DNA from: Microcoleus sp.
Lineage (GTDB): Bacteria > Cyanobacteriota > Cyanobacteriia > Cyanobacteriales > Microcoleaceae
Assembly: GCA_042408215.1 (NCBI GenBank)
Contig: JAYFMW010000028.1
Coordinates: forward strand, 32,001-96,000
DNA length: 64,000 nt
Direction of reading: 5' to 3'
In this document: piece after piece, positions 27,210 to 37,608 of the stretch
Numbering within the stretch: the first letter of the stretch is position 1
How the letters are laid out: the number at the start of each line of letters is the position of its first letter
Notes under the pieces: model-generated
The model's database searches: none
Seen by the model: only the letters and a program-made list of their open reading frames with translations
What the model was told of the DNA's origin: nothing
Made by a program: the position numbers and the translations under genes

Positions 27210-28109
27210 ATGAACAATAATCGCGATCGGCAGCCACACCGTTTAGTCAGCCGAAAAGGACAATTCACCCTGAATGTTGTCAGGCTAGGCCTACCTCGCC
27301 TGCATTTCGCCGACCTTTACCACTGGTTGCTAACTCTTTCTTGACCTGGATTTTTTACTTTAATTAGTCTGCTGTATGTCATCACAAATTCTTTATTTGC
27401 CTTAGCTTATTTAGCGGGAGGAGATTGCATCGCCAATGCTAGACCCGGTTCCTTCAAAGATGCCTTTTATTTCAGCGTGCAAACAATGGCGACGATCGGC
27501 TACGGTTCCATGTATCCGCGCACGGATTATGCTAATATAATAGTTGCTATCCAAGCGCTTTTTGGTCTATGGGGAGTGGCGATGGTGACGGGACTTGCCT
27601 TTGCTAGATTTTCCAAGCCGACAGCTAGAGTTATATTCAGCCGCGTCGCTGTTATCGCTCCTTTCAACGGCGTTCCAACTCTCATGTACCGCACAGCAAA
27701 TCAGCGCTTCAATCAAATTTTAGAAGCGCAGCAACGAGCTACTTTAATTCGCGATGAGGTAACACTTGAAGGAGAAGTAATGCGCCGTTTTTACGACTTA
27801 GAATTACTGCGGAGTCAATCACCTATTTTTGCACTAACTTGGACGGTTATGCACGCAATAGATGAGAACAGTCCTCTGTACAAACTTACTGCAAAAGACT
27901 TGGTAGAGCAGCAAGCGGAGATTGTCATTACCTTAACGGGACTTGACGAAACCGTTTCGCAAACAATTCACGCCCGCCATTCTTTCGTAGCATCAGAAAT
28001 TTTGTGGGATCTGCGGTTTGTAGATATTATATCCAGAACGCCCGCAGGAAAACGGGTAGTTGACTACACTCGCTTTCACGAAGTGAAGCCTCTGGAATCA
28101 AACTTTTGA
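27210..28109 (+). pseudogene. Inward-rectifier K+ channel (KirBac) with one premature stop
   Basis: ATG 27210 ...DLYHWLLTLS*PGFF... (TGA 27342-27344 where Trp is expected), in frame with FYFSVQTMATIGYG and the Kir cytoplasmic domain. Confidence 0.88.
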
Positions 28110-28155
28110 TTGAGCCAGTGCTACAATACCTGTATGGCAACACAAGTTAATATTT

Positions 28156-28503
28156 ATGAACTCAATAACTGTGAATATGACACTGAAAGAATTGCAACCG
28201 CAACTCCTGGCTTTAACTCCCGAAGAAAAGGCTCAAGCTATACAATTACTATCTCAAAGTTTAAGCAACATTTGGCCGGGAATTCAAAAGACTCCCGGCT
28301 TGTGCGGCGGCGATGCTTGTATCAGACAAACGCGAATTCCTGTTTGGGTGCTGGTGAATGCTAGCCGTTTAGGTATTTCTGAAGCTCAACTCCTAGAAGA
28401 CTATCCGACTCTGCGTGCCGCTGACTTGGCGAATGCTTTTAGTTATGCTGAGGCCTATCCTGATGAGATTGAAACAGCAATTCTAGAAAATGAGGAAGAT
28501 TGA
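28156..28503 (+). CDS. DUF433 antitoxin-like protein
   Basis: IQKTPGLCGGDACIRQTRIPVW...LLEDYPTL. Confidence 0.9.
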   Translation: MNSITVNMTLKELQPQLLALTPEEKAQAIQLLSQSLSNIWPGIQKTPGLCGGDACIRQTRIPVWVLVNASRLGISEAQLLEDYPTLRAADLANAFSYAEAYPDEIETAILENEED

Positions 28504-28506
28504 AAA

Positions 28507-28848
28507 GTGGCGCGTTTTTATGCAGATGAACAATACCCCAAGCGGGTTGTGGAATTGCTGAGGAATTTAGGTCACGATGTCCTTACCGTACAGGAAGCAG
28601 GAAATGCTAATCAAAAAATTCCTGATGAAGAAGTGTTAGCTTTTGCATTGAGTATTGACCGCGCTATTTTAACGCTCAATCGCCGTGATTTTATCAGGTT
28701 GCATACATTACAACCAGACCATGCTGGTATCATTGTTTGTAAAGATGATTCAAATAGGGAGCGGCTGGCTGTACGCATTAATCAAGCTATTTATAATCTG
28801 GAAACATTGAGAAGTTTACTGATTCGAGTTAACCGTCCTTCGGAGTGA
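28507..28848 (+). CDS. DUF5615 family PIN-like (Mut7-C) toxin
   Basis: FYADEQYP...LRNLGHDVLTV...PDEEVL...ILTLNRRDF...HAGII. Confidence 0.88.
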   Translation: MARFYADEQYPKRVVELLRNLGHDVLTVQEAGNANQKIPDEEVLAFALSIDRAILTLNRRDFIRLHTLQPDHAGIIVCKDDSNRERLAVRINQAIYNLETLRSLLIRVNRPSE

Positions 28849-28854
28849 GTATAA

Positions 28855-29100
28855 GTGATAGAATACCCCTGGTCTGGAATTCAAAAGACTCCCGGCGTCA
28901 TGGGCGGTGAAGCCTGTATCCGAAAAACGCGGATTCCTGTTTGGCTGTTGGTGAGTTATCGCCGTCAAGGTGCCACCGATGCTCATATTTTAGAAGGTCA
29001 TCCCGATCTGAGTGCAGCAGATTTGGTGAATGCTTTTAGTTATGCTGAGGCCTATCCTGATGAGATTGAAACAGCAATTCTAGAACAAGAAGAGGCATAA
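28855..29100 (+). CDS. Second DUF433 protein
   Basis: IQKTPGVMGGEACIRKTRIPVW; 3' end nearly identical to 28430-28490. Confidence 0.85.
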   Translation: MIEYPWSGIQKTPGVMGGEACIRKTRIPVWLLVSYRRQGATDAHILEGHPDLSAADLVNAFSYAEAYPDEIETAILEQEEA

Positions 29101-29161
29101 ATTGTGGCGCGTCTTTATGCAGATTAATAACAATACTCGTTTCCTGTTGTATTTTCTCTCT

Positions 29162-29734
29162 TTATTGTGTTTCTTCCTCTGTAAAAATAGGAGGCCACAA
29201 TTCAGAAACTGGCAATTCCCAACCAGAAACAAGTTCTGGTATAGTTAAGATATCCCCATTTTGTAAAATTTGTGGTTCGCCAGAAGAGCGATAAATTGTA
29301 ACTGTTTCTTCATCAGGATCGATCAGAATTCCCACAATCGCTCCGAGTTCAATAAATTTCAGAATCTTGGTTTCGATCGGCTTAATGCGATCGCTCTGAG
29401 ATTTAATCTCTACCACCAAATCGGGGACAAGTTGTCCGAAATAACGCGGACTTTGACGCAATCGTGCGGCGCGCACAAAAGAAACATCGGGTGCTTTTAG
29501 GTTAGCATCTGGCATGATGAAACCGCCTGCGGAGTCAAAAACTCGTCCGAGACGGCGGGGATTTATCCAAGCGAAAAGAAAGGCGATGAGACGGCTGCTG
29601 ATTTCGCTGGATACGATGTCTGATGGGCCCATAATTAAAATCCTCCCGTCTTCTAGTTCAATTTGGTAATCTAAACCAGCTTCGGAAAAAGCGGTTTGAA
29701 CTTGCTCTACATCTTTGACAGTCATCGTTGACAT
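29162..29734 (-). CDS. Uma2 (DUF820) family PD-(D/E)xK endonuclease-like protein
   Basis: ELEDGRI...APDVSFV...PDLVVEIKSQSD...LIDPD. Confidence 0.93.
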   Translation of the reverse strand: MSTMTVKDVEQVQTAFSEAGLDYQIELEDGRILIMGPSDIVSSEISSRLIAFLFAWINPRRLGRVFDSAGGFIMPDANLKAPDVSFVRAARLRQSPRYFGQLVPDLVVEIKSQSDRIKPIETKILKFIELGAIVGILIDPDEETVTIYRSSGEPQILQNGDILTIPELVSGWELPVSELWPPIFTEEETQ

Positions 29735-29950
29735 AGGATTTTTCTCCCGTTATGAGCTGATATTTCATTTTAGCACGATCGCCATTTTCAACCTACTGGA
29801 TTTGCGGGAGCATAAACGATGGGATAATATAGTTTACAATTGGATCGGAATGATTTAACCGCAGAGAGCGCAGAGGACACAGAGTCAGAGAAGAGAGATG
29901 TGAATAATTTCGATACCAGCGGATTTGATATAACTAACACAAAAAAAAAT

Positions 29951-31120
29951 ATGAAAATTAACCCGACTCGAATGCAATCGGTACAGTCGCCAATTATTCC
30001 TGTTATTGGTGAACTAATCAGTCAAAATCCGGGAACCATATCATTAGGACAAGGCGTGGTTTCTTACAATCCGCCACCACAATCTTTTGCAAAAATTCCC
30101 GAATTTCTCGCAAATCCCGAAAATCACAAATACAAAGCAGTCGAAGGAATTCCGCCTTTACTCGATTTAATTTCAGCCAAACTTAAAGCAGATAACAACA
30201 TAGAAATTAATAGTAAAAACTCCATTGTTGTTACTGCTGGCAGCAATATGGGTTTTATCAATGCCATTCTTGCTATCACTTCGGCGGGGGATGAAATTAT
30301 TATTCAATCGCCTTATTACTTCAACCATGAAATGGCGATTTTCATGGCAAATTGCCGTCCCGTAATCGTAGAAACTGACGAAAATTATCAACTCAATCCC
30401 GATGCAATAAAAAAAGCAATTACCGACAAAACGCGAGGGATTGTCACCATTTCACCAAACAACCCAACCGGCGTAGTTTATACTCCCGAAGCACTCCGGG
30501 AAGTGAACGAAATCTGCCGCCAACACAACATCTATCATATCAGCGATGAAGCCTACGAATATTTTACTTATGACGGCGTTAAACACTTTTCCCCCGCAGC
30601 TTTTTCTCATAGCAACGAACACACAATTTCCCTATTTACTCTCTCCAAAGCCTACGGTTTTGCTAGTTGGCGGATTGGGTATATGGTAATACCAGAACAT
30701 TTGCTAGATTCAGTGAGGAAAATTCAAGATACAATCCTAATTTGTCCGCCAGTAATTTCGCAATATGCAGCCTTGGGAGCCTTGCAAGTTGGGCGAGAAT
30801 ACTGCGATAATCATGTAAGGGCGATCGCCTCTGTGCGACAACTTGTCTTAAATGAACTAAACACCTTGCAAAACTTGTGTACAATTTCCCCAGCCTGCGG
30901 AGCTTTCTACTTTTTCTTGAAAGTTGACACACAACTCGATACAATGGAATTAGTAGAAAAATTAATTCGCGAATATCAAGTGGCTGTGCTTCCCGGTACA
31001 ACTTTCGGCATGGATCATGGCTGCTATTTGCGAGTCGCCTACGGTGCTCTGGAACTTGAAACCTGCGCCGCAGGAATTAGCAGATTAGTTAAAGGTTTGA
31101 AGACAATTTTAGGAGCTTAA
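29951..31120 (+). CDS. PLP-dependent aminotransferase class I/II
   Basis: ISLGQG, SPNNPTG, SDEAYE, SLSKAYGFASWRIGY; ATG 29951. Confidence 0.93.
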   Translation: MKINPTRMQSVQSPIIPVIGELISQNPGTISLGQGVVSYNPPPQSFAKIPEFLANPENHKYKAVEGIPPLLDLISAKLKADNNIEINSKNSIVVTAGSNMGFINAILAITSAGDEIIIQSPYYFNHEMAIFMANCRPVIVETDENYQLNPDAIKKAITDKTRGIVTISPNNPTGVVYTPEALREVNEICRQHNIYHISDEAYEYFTYDGVKHFSPAAFSHSNEHTISLFTLSKAYGFASWRIGYMVIPEHLLDSVRKIQDTILICPPVISQYAALGALQVGREYCDNHVRAIASVRQLVLNELNTLQNLCTISPACGAFYFFLKVDTQLDTMELVEKLIREYQVAVLPGTTFGMDHGCYLRVAYGALELETCAAGISRLVKGLKTILGA

Positions 31121-31123
31121 AAA

Positions 31124-33037
31124 ATGGTTGCTGCCAATTTGAATCCAACTAGAAATTCTGAGCAATTAACTAAATTAAAAATTGCTGAATTGCGACTTTT
31201 GATGCTTAATTATGACTTAGATTGCTATTTCGTCCCAGCCGTTGACGAACACTTAAATTTATCAGTACCAGAAGCTAAGCAGCGGCGAGCTTGGATTAGT
31301 GGGTTTACCGGTTCCGCTGGCGATTTCTTGGTTGGTAAAAATTCGGCTTGGTTGTTTGTGGATTCCCGCTACTACGAACAAGCAGAATTGCAAGTTGATT
31401 CTGCACTCATCCAAATATCGAAACTCGGTTTGGAAGGAAATCTTAATTTCATTGAAACTTTAGAAAAGCTGGCTGTAGAATCTGCACCAAGTCAAACTAA
31501 ATTGCGTTTAGGTTTCGATCCGTTTACTCTGTCTGTTGAGCAATATCAGAGTTGGGTGAAGAAATTTGCTACTGCTGGAATTGAACTCATACCAATATCT
31601 GAGAATTTAGCCGACAAAGTTCGTTGGCGAAGCCCTCGCAGAGGATCGCACAATCTAGCAAAAACATCGGAAACCTTACCTGCGATCGATGAATCTCCCA
31701 TATTTAGTCTACCTGTATCCCTGACAGGAGAAAGCGCAGCCGAAAAATTAGCCAGAGTCAGGGAAGCGATGCAAAAAGCTAACATCGATGTGCTTCCGAT
31801 TACCAACCTCAATCAAATAGCATGGTTGTTCAATCTCCGGGGTTCGGATATTCCCAACATTCCGATTTTTATCTCCTATGCAATTGTCACGCCCGATGCA
31901 GCTTTTCTGTTTACCAACCCGGAAAGAGTTTCACCAGAAATTCAGCAAGATTTACACAACTGCGCGACTCTGCTTCCCTACGCAAAATATCCCGAAACCT
32001 TGCAAGATTGCGTATCTCAACCCAAACAAATTCGGGTGCTTTTAGATCCAAAACACACTACAGCAGGCACGCATCAGTTAATAATCGATCGCCAATCTGC
32101 AACTGAGAGTAATATTGAAATAGTCTTTGAAGCAAATCCCATCGAAGGGATGAAAGCTCGAAAAAACCCAGTAGAAATCGAGCAGATGAAATCCGCCAAC
32201 TTCAAAGCAAGTAAAGCCAAAACTTTTACCTTAAAGTGGTTGACAGAACAGTTAGAAAATGGTAATATATTGACAGAATTTGATGTCAAAGAAACCGTCG
32301 AAAGATTTTATCAGGAAGAAACAGACTTTCAGACTTTAAGTTTTAGAACGATCGCCGGTGCGGGAGTAAATAGCTCGATCGTCCATTACGGAACCCCAAG
32401 CCCTGAAATCACGTTAAAACCGGGGGAATTCCTGTTACTGGATTCAGGATCGCAATATTTGGGAGGTACAACCGATGATACTAGAACTGTGATTATAGGG
32501 GAACCAACGGCGCTACAAATCGAACACTACACGACAGTTTTAATCGCACATATTAGCTGTGCAATGCAGCAATTTCCCAAGGGAACAATGGGAGTGCAAT
32601 TAGATGCGATCGCCCGATCGATATTATGGCAAGAACAGCTAGACTACGGACACGGTACTGGGCACGGAGTCGGGGCATTTTTAGCCGTTCACGAAGGGCC
32701 AAACGGCATCAGCAAATCGGTGCAATATGCCCTAGAACCGGGAATGGTAACTAGCATAGAACCGGGATATTATCAACCGGGATGGGGCGGAATTCGGATC
32801 GAAAATCTCTATGTTGTCATAGAAATGCCGTCAAAGAATGATACAGTTTGGTACGGATTTGAACCGTTGACGTATATTCCGTTTGACCGAAAGTTGATTA
32901 ATGCCGATCGCCTGTCAAAGACTCAACTCGCATGGTTAAATAATTATCATGGTGCTGTAGTCGAGAAATTGGGAAGTGCGATCGATTCAGCAACCCTGGA
33001 GTGGTTGAAAACAGTCGCCGCACCTTGTGTGAACTAA
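31124..33037 (+). CDS. Aminopeptidase P family (M24B) protein
   Basis: SGFTGSAG, DSGSQYLGGTTDDTRT, HGTGHGVGAFLAVHEGP, EPGYY...GIRIEN. Confidence 0.93.
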   Translation: MVAANLNPTRNSEQLTKLKIAELRLLMLNYDLDCYFVPAVDEHLNLSVPEAKQRRAWISGFTGSAGDFLVGKNSAWLFVDSRYYEQAELQVDSALIQISKLGLEGNLNFIETLEKLAVESAPSQTKLRLGFDPFTLSVEQYQSWVKKFATAGIELIPISENLADKVRWRSPRRGSHNLAKTSETLPAIDESPIFSLPVSLTGESAAEKLARVREAMQKANIDVLPITNLNQIAWLFNLRGSDIPNIPIFISYAIVTPDAAFLFTNPERVSPEIQQDLHNCATLLPYAKYPETLQDCVSQPKQIRVLLDPKHTTAGTHQLIIDRQSATESNIEIVFEANPIEGMKARKNPVEIEQMKSANFKASKAKTFTLKWLTEQLENGNILTEFDVKETVERFYQEETDFQTLSFRTIAGAGVNSSIVHYGTPSPEITLKPGEFLLLDSGSQYLGGTTDDTRTVIIGEPTALQIEHYTTVLIAHISCAMQQFPKGTMGVQLDAIARSILWQEQLDYGHGTGHGVGAFLAVHEGPNGISKSVQYALEPGMVTSIEPGYYQPGWGGIRIENLYVVIEMPSKNDTVWYGFEPLTYIPFDRKLINADRLSKTQLAWLNNYHGAVVEKLGSAIDSATLEWLKTVAAPCVN

Positions 33038-33060
33038 GTTAAGCTGAAAAACAAAAAACC

Positions 33061-33095
33061 TAAATCCCCGATTTCTCTAAAAAATCGGGGATTTA
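33061..33095. terminator. Hairpin between convergent pepP-like gene and tRNA (terminator or REP)
   Basis: TAAATCCCCGATTT...AAATCGGGGATTTA inverted repeat. Confidence 0.55.
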
Positions 33096-33116
33096 AGATC
33101 AAAATATTTAGAGTAA

Positions 33117-33189
33117 AGCTGGTGACAGGATTTGAACCTGCGACAGGCTGATTACAAATCAGCTACTCTACCAACTGAGTTACACCAGC
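33117..33189 (-). tRNA. tRNA-Thr (anticodon UGU), CCA not encoded
   Basis: Reverse complement GCTGGTGTAACTCAGTTGGTAGAGTAGCTGATTTGTAATCAGCCTGTCGCAGGTTCAAATCCTGTCACCAGCT folds as a cloverleaf; anticodon arm GCTGA-TTTGTAA-TCAGC. Confidence 0.97.
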
Positions 33190-33324
33190 AACAAAAACAA
33201 ATATAGCAAACATATAGTCATTAGCGCAACCCCCCCAGCAAAGTTTTTTTTCAAAATCCCCCAAAAGCCCTCACCGCAAGGGCAAAACCGGAATTATCCT
33301 CGTCTGAGCAACTGCCCAATGCCC

Positions 33325-33553
33325 AATGTTGTCAACTTAACTTCAAGCCCAATCACAGACTGCTGTTTGACTATTAAGGCCAGATCCCCCCGCATTCTTG
33401 CCCCCTACTCCCCCTTAAGAAGGGGAGTAGGGGAGTAGGGGGTGTGGGACAAGAATCCGCTCAAAGTCCCCCTTCTTAAGGGGGATTTAGGGGGATCTAG
33501 ACTTAGCTAAAAGCGAGATTTATCAATGGTTTTAGGCTTAAGTTGACACCACT
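33325..33553. mobile_element. MITE-like element (same family as 1606-1797) within a heptamer repeat tract
   Basis: AATGTTGTCAACTTAA ... TTAAGTTGACACCACT ends; internal AAGTCCCCCTTCTTAAGGGGGATTTAGGGGGATC identical to the copy at ~1708-1741; flanked by TGCCCAA/TGACTAA repeats. Confidence 0.7.
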
Positions 33554-33591
33554 GCCCAATGACTAATGACTAATGACTAATGACTAATGAC

Positions 33592-35751
33592 TTAATCACA
33601 GCGCCAAATCTTAATCGTCTCATCCGCACTACCACTGACAAGTATATTGCCCAAAGGGGCGATCGCCACCGAATACACCGTACCCAAATGCCCCTTAAGA
33701 GTGCTCAACAACTCCCCCGTCAACAAATTCCAAATCTTAATCGTATTATCATCGCAGCCACTAGCCAAAGTCAAACCATCCAGACTAATAGCAACCGAAT
33801 CTCCCCGACTCACATAATTCTGCAAAATATGCACAGCCTCATTAGTTCCTAAACTCGTCACACCATTTTCCCGGCTAGAATTAGAATTTAAAATCCGCAA
33901 CAAACTGCCCGTCTGCAAATTCCGCAACTTAATCGTATAATCATTACTTACGCTAGCAAGAATCTTGCCATCCGGCCCGATCGCCACAGAATTCACCCCA
34001 ACATTCAACCCCGAAAGAGTCCGCAGCAACTTACCACTTTCCACATCCCAAACCTTACTCGTCGCATCCGAACTCCCGCTAGCCAAAATTTTACCATCCG
34101 GGCTAAAAACCACCGCATTCACATTATCCGAATGACCCCTCAAAGTCCGCAGCAACTCCCCCGTCCGCAAATTCCAAAGCTTAATAGTATTATCAGCCCC
34201 ACCACAGCTAGCAATTCCCAGCCCATTCGGGCTAATCGCCACCGAATTCACCTCCATAGAATGTCCCGGAAAAGTACACAGCAACTCCCCACTATGCAAA
34301 TTCCAAAACTTAATTGTTTCGTCCGAACTGCCGCTGGCTAGCATTTGCCCATCGCCACTAATAGCCACCGAATTTACCCGATCCGAATGTCCAGTCAGAG
34401 TGCTAATTAATTCCCCTGTTTCTAACTTCCAAATTTTAATAGTTTTATCCCAACTACCGCTAGCCAAAATTTTCCCATCAGGACTAATCGCCAGAGAATT
34501 AACAAACGATGAATGTCCCGGCAGGGTATGCACGCACCGCCATTTATGATTTTTAAACTTATAAGCTAATTCCTTTGCCCGCCGCGATGCCGCCGAGGCC
34601 TCTTCTCTACGTTTGAGTTCAGCCTCCTCCAAACGCTTGCGTTCCGCCTTAGCTTTAGCTTCTCGAAGTGCCAGCCGCCGCATCTCCCCCTGATAGGCTA
34701 TGCGCTGCTGTTGCTGAATCTCTTTGAGAGTTTCAATGTATGGTAATTCCCAATCTTGAGAAAACCATTCTTGAGCAAATTCAGCCTTTAAATTAAATAG
34801 CTGAGGTTCGTGAGTAAAATCAATATTAAGATAATACAAATCAGCTAAAAACGCAGCCAATAACTTGTGAATCGTCACAATTATCTGCCGAATAATCCGC
34901 AGGCTTACCTTTTCATCTTTTCCCTCCGCCTCCAACTGATGGTAAACTTCTTCCCAATTCCAAGGATGCATCGCAACTAAAGAAACACTTTGATTGATAA
35001 CTCCCCAAAACCCCACATGAAAATTTACTTCATAATCGCTGATATCGCTATACAATATAGCTGTCGGCACGGGAGACAACACAGTCTGTAACCGCTCCAC
35101 ATCAATATCAGAAATCGGCTTTTTGAAATAGTCTCCGTAAAACTGAACCGGACACAAATCTCCGTACTGAGGATAGTGTTGGTTTAAAAAAGCTCTCAAC
35201 TTACCAGGCAGCTCGATATTCAGATTGTGGCGAAAGGAATCGGGACAATCTTCGCTAATTTTTGCCGGAGCAACCAATAACAGCAATCGGTGCTGCTGCT
35301 GCTGCAAAATCTGTTCAGTTTCCTGCCTGCTCAAATTAGAAAACCAGTTATCTCGATCCCAAATAGTTTGAATTTCGCTCAGCTTAGCTCGAATTGCTTC
35401 TGCTTGAAACTCCCGCATTAATGCGCGACACAGCCGACTAATTGCCCGCCTGTCTCTCAAGTCTTCCGCCTTAATTCGATTAGCGCGTTCTTCTTGTACC
35501 CATTCTTCATTTATATTTGCGATCGCGATTAATTCTTCTTCTCTGACTTGCTGTCGCTGCAAATATTTAACCTGTGCTTTAATCCAGCGGGGGTCTTTTT
35601 TGATTTGTTGATTCAGAGTTGAAGAACCAGATGGCTCAATTTCTGCAAAGCGTTCGTTGACAGCGCTTGCTCCCAATCTTTCTCCCAATTCGCTGGCAAT
35701 CGGCTTCAACAGTTCAATTAGGGCGTCTGAGATGGGGCGGGATAAGGACAT
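33592..35751 (-). CDS. WD40-repeat protein with unknown N-terminal domain
   Basis: Seven GHS...VNSVAISPDG..LASGS.D.TIKIW repeats after a coiled-coil linker. Confidence 0.92.
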   Translation of the reverse strand: MSLSRPISDALIELLKPIASELGERLGASAVNERFAEIEPSGSSTLNQQIKKDPRWIKAQVKYLQRQQVREEELIAIANINEEWVQEERANRIKAEDLRDRRAISRLCRALMREFQAEAIRAKLSEIQTIWDRDNWFSNLSRQETEQILQQQQHRLLLLVAPAKISEDCPDSFRHNLNIELPGKLRAFLNQHYPQYGDLCPVQFYGDYFKKPISDIDVERLQTVLSPVPTAILYSDISDYEVNFHVGFWGVINQSVSLVAMHPWNWEEVYHQLEAEGKDEKVSLRIIRQIIVTIHKLLAAFLADLYYLNIDFTHEPQLFNLKAEFAQEWFSQDWELPYIETLKEIQQQQRIAYQGEMRRLALREAKAKAERKRLEEAELKRREEASAASRRAKELAYKFKNHKWRCVHTLPGHSSFVNSLAISPDGKILASGSWDKTIKIWKLETGELISTLTGHSDRVNSVAISGDGQMLASGSSDETIKFWNLHSGELLCTFPGHSMEVNSVAISPNGLGIASCGGADNTIKLWNLRTGELLRTLRGHSDNVNAVVFSPDGKILASGSSDATSKVWDVESGKLLRTLSGLNVGVNSVAIGPDGKILASVSNDYTIKLRNLQTGSLLRILNSNSSRENGVTSLGTNEAVHILQNYVSRGDSVAISLDGLTLASGCDDNTIKIWNLLTGELLSTLKGHLGTVYSVAIAPLGNILVSGSADETIKIWRCD

Positions 35752-36107
35752 AAGTTGCTACGCATATAAAATGATTGCTGGGGGAAAGAAATGTGCGACA
35801 GCTTAAAACTTAAAATTTTTTCTGACTGGGCTCTTGATTTTTGGCATCGCCTTTGGATTTAACCGATCGCACAGCCCCACCTGGTTAGCCACAGCTTAAA
35901 TTAATAGTTCAAATATTCTTTACATTTTACCGTGAATCTGCCTACACAGCACCGAGAAAAGAGACTCAGGCATATTCGATCGCCCCTGGGTCAAGCAAAT
36001 TTATTTTCCTATTGTCATTTTACTCACTCTTGTATATAATAGTATCTCACACGGCAATTACGGTATTCCGACCTAATAACCGTACTTTAAGTAAAGGAAC
36101 AAATATA

Positions 36108-37256
36108 ATGAGCCTGTGGGAACACCTAACTCAACGTCTTCGCTGGTCACAAAAGCAGCCAGTTGGCAAAACTCAATTATTGACTTCGCTTAAAAGCTTT
36201 GTGTCGCTATTTTTACTGGGAATCACATTAAGTGTAGCCGTGGCATCCTGCGGCACCAGCAGCACCAACAATCCCGCAGCAACTCCAGGCGGAGCATCTA
36301 CCCCAACCGCAAACAAAAGCAACGTAGAATTAACCCTCGTTTCCTTCGCCGTCACCAAAGCCGCCCACGAAGCCATAATTCCCAAATTCGTAGCACAATG
36401 GCAAAAAGAAAAAGGCCAAACCGTCACCTTCAACCAAAGCTACGGCGGTTCCGGTTCCCAAACGAGAGCCGTAATTGACGGCTTAGAAGCAGACATCGTA
36501 CACCTAGCCCTCGCCCTCGACACTGCAAAAATCGAAAAAGCCGGACTCATTGATCCCGGCTGGGAAAAAGAAGCCCCCAACGAAGCCATAGTCAGCAAAT
36601 CCGTAGCAGCCATAGTCACCCGCGATGGTAATCCCAAAGGCATCAAAACCTGGGAAGATTTAGCCAAAGACGGAGTAAAAGTGATTACCGCCGATCCCAA
36701 AACATCAGGCGTTGCTCGCTGGAATTTCCTCGCACTTTGGGGATCGGTTCTCAAAACCGGAGGAGACGATACCAAAGCATTAGACTTTACTAGCAAAGTC
36801 TACAAAAACGTCCCCATCCTGACTAAAGATGCTCGCGAAGCCACCGACGTATTTTTCAAACAAGGCCAAGGCGATGCCTTAATCAACTACGAAAACGAGA
36901 TTATTTTGGCTGGTCAGAAAGGCGAAAAACCGACTTATACTATTCCAGAAGTCAATGTTTCGATCGACAATCCGATCGCCATTGTCGATAAAAACGTCAC
37001 CAAACACGGCACGAAGGAAGTCGCCGAAGCATTCGTCAAGTTTCTGTACACCCCAGAAGCTCAGCGAGAATTTGCCAAAGCAGGATTCCGCCCAGTAGAT
37101 GCAACAGTAGCCGCGGAACCAGAATTTGTCCAAAAATATCCCCCCATCAAAACCCTATTTACAGCTCAAGACTTAGGAGGTTGGGGAGAAATTCAGAAGA
37201 AATTCTTCGATGACGGAGCTGTTTTTGACAAAATTCAAGGTTCAATTAAACAGTAG
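36108..37256 (+). CDS. sbpA: Sulfate ABC transporter substrate-binding lipoprotein
   Basis: Lipobox VASC; QSYGGSGSQTRAVIDGLEAD; DPKTSGVARWN. Confidence 0.95.
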   Translation: MSLWEHLTQRLRWSQKQPVGKTQLLTSLKSFVSLFLLGITLSVAVASCGTSSTNNPAATPGGASTPTANKSNVELTLVSFAVTKAAHEAIIPKFVAQWQKEKGQTVTFNQSYGGSGSQTRAVIDGLEADIVHLALALDTAKIEKAGLIDPGWEKEAPNEAIVSKSVAAIVTRDGNPKGIKTWEDLAKDGVKVITADPKTSGVARWNFLALWGSVLKTGGDDTKALDFTSKVYKNVPILTKDAREATDVFFKQGQGDALINYENEIILAGQKGEKPTYTIPEVNVSIDNPIAIVDKNVTKHGTKEVAEAFVKFLYTPEAQREFAKAGFRPVDATVAAEPEFVQKYPPIKTLFTAQDLGGWGEIQKKFFDDGAVFDKIQGSIKQ

Positions 37257-37287
37257 TCGAACAATCAGGACACGGTAGGAAGTAGGA

Positions 37288-37518
37288 AGTAGGTTGGGTA
37301 GAGCGATAGCGAAACCCAACACCTTACTTGAAATTAAGAGTTGGGTTTCGCTCTCGCCTCAACCCAACCTACAATTAATCTACAATTAATCGGGGTAGGG
37401 ACACGGCATTGCCGTCTCCTCTTACTTGAAATTAAGAGTTGGGTTTCGCTCTCGCCTCAACCCAACCTACAATTAATCTACAATTAATCGGGGTAGGGAC
37501 ACGGCATTGCCGTCTCCT
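37288..37518. repeat. REP cluster with a 98-bp tandem duplication
   Basis: 37323-37420 equals 37421-37518; GTAGGTTGGG/CCCAACCTAC inverted arms; GTAGGGACACGGCATTGCCGTCTCC hairpin. Confidence 0.85.
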
Positions 37519-37608
37519 CGTTATTATAAGGAGTGGAACCGCCGGAATTTATATGATTTGTAAAATCCGCCACTACAGCAATTATTCCCAATTCAAAGCT
37601 ATTCAATT

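Noticed and set aside
29840..29950. N-terminal extension of the aminotransferase
   Set aside because: Derived from an upstream dispersed repeat; ATG 29951 gives a normal-length enzyme.
33117..33600. Genomic island or prophage integrated at tRNA-Thr
   Set aside because: No integrase and no duplicated tRNA 3' end was seen in the window.
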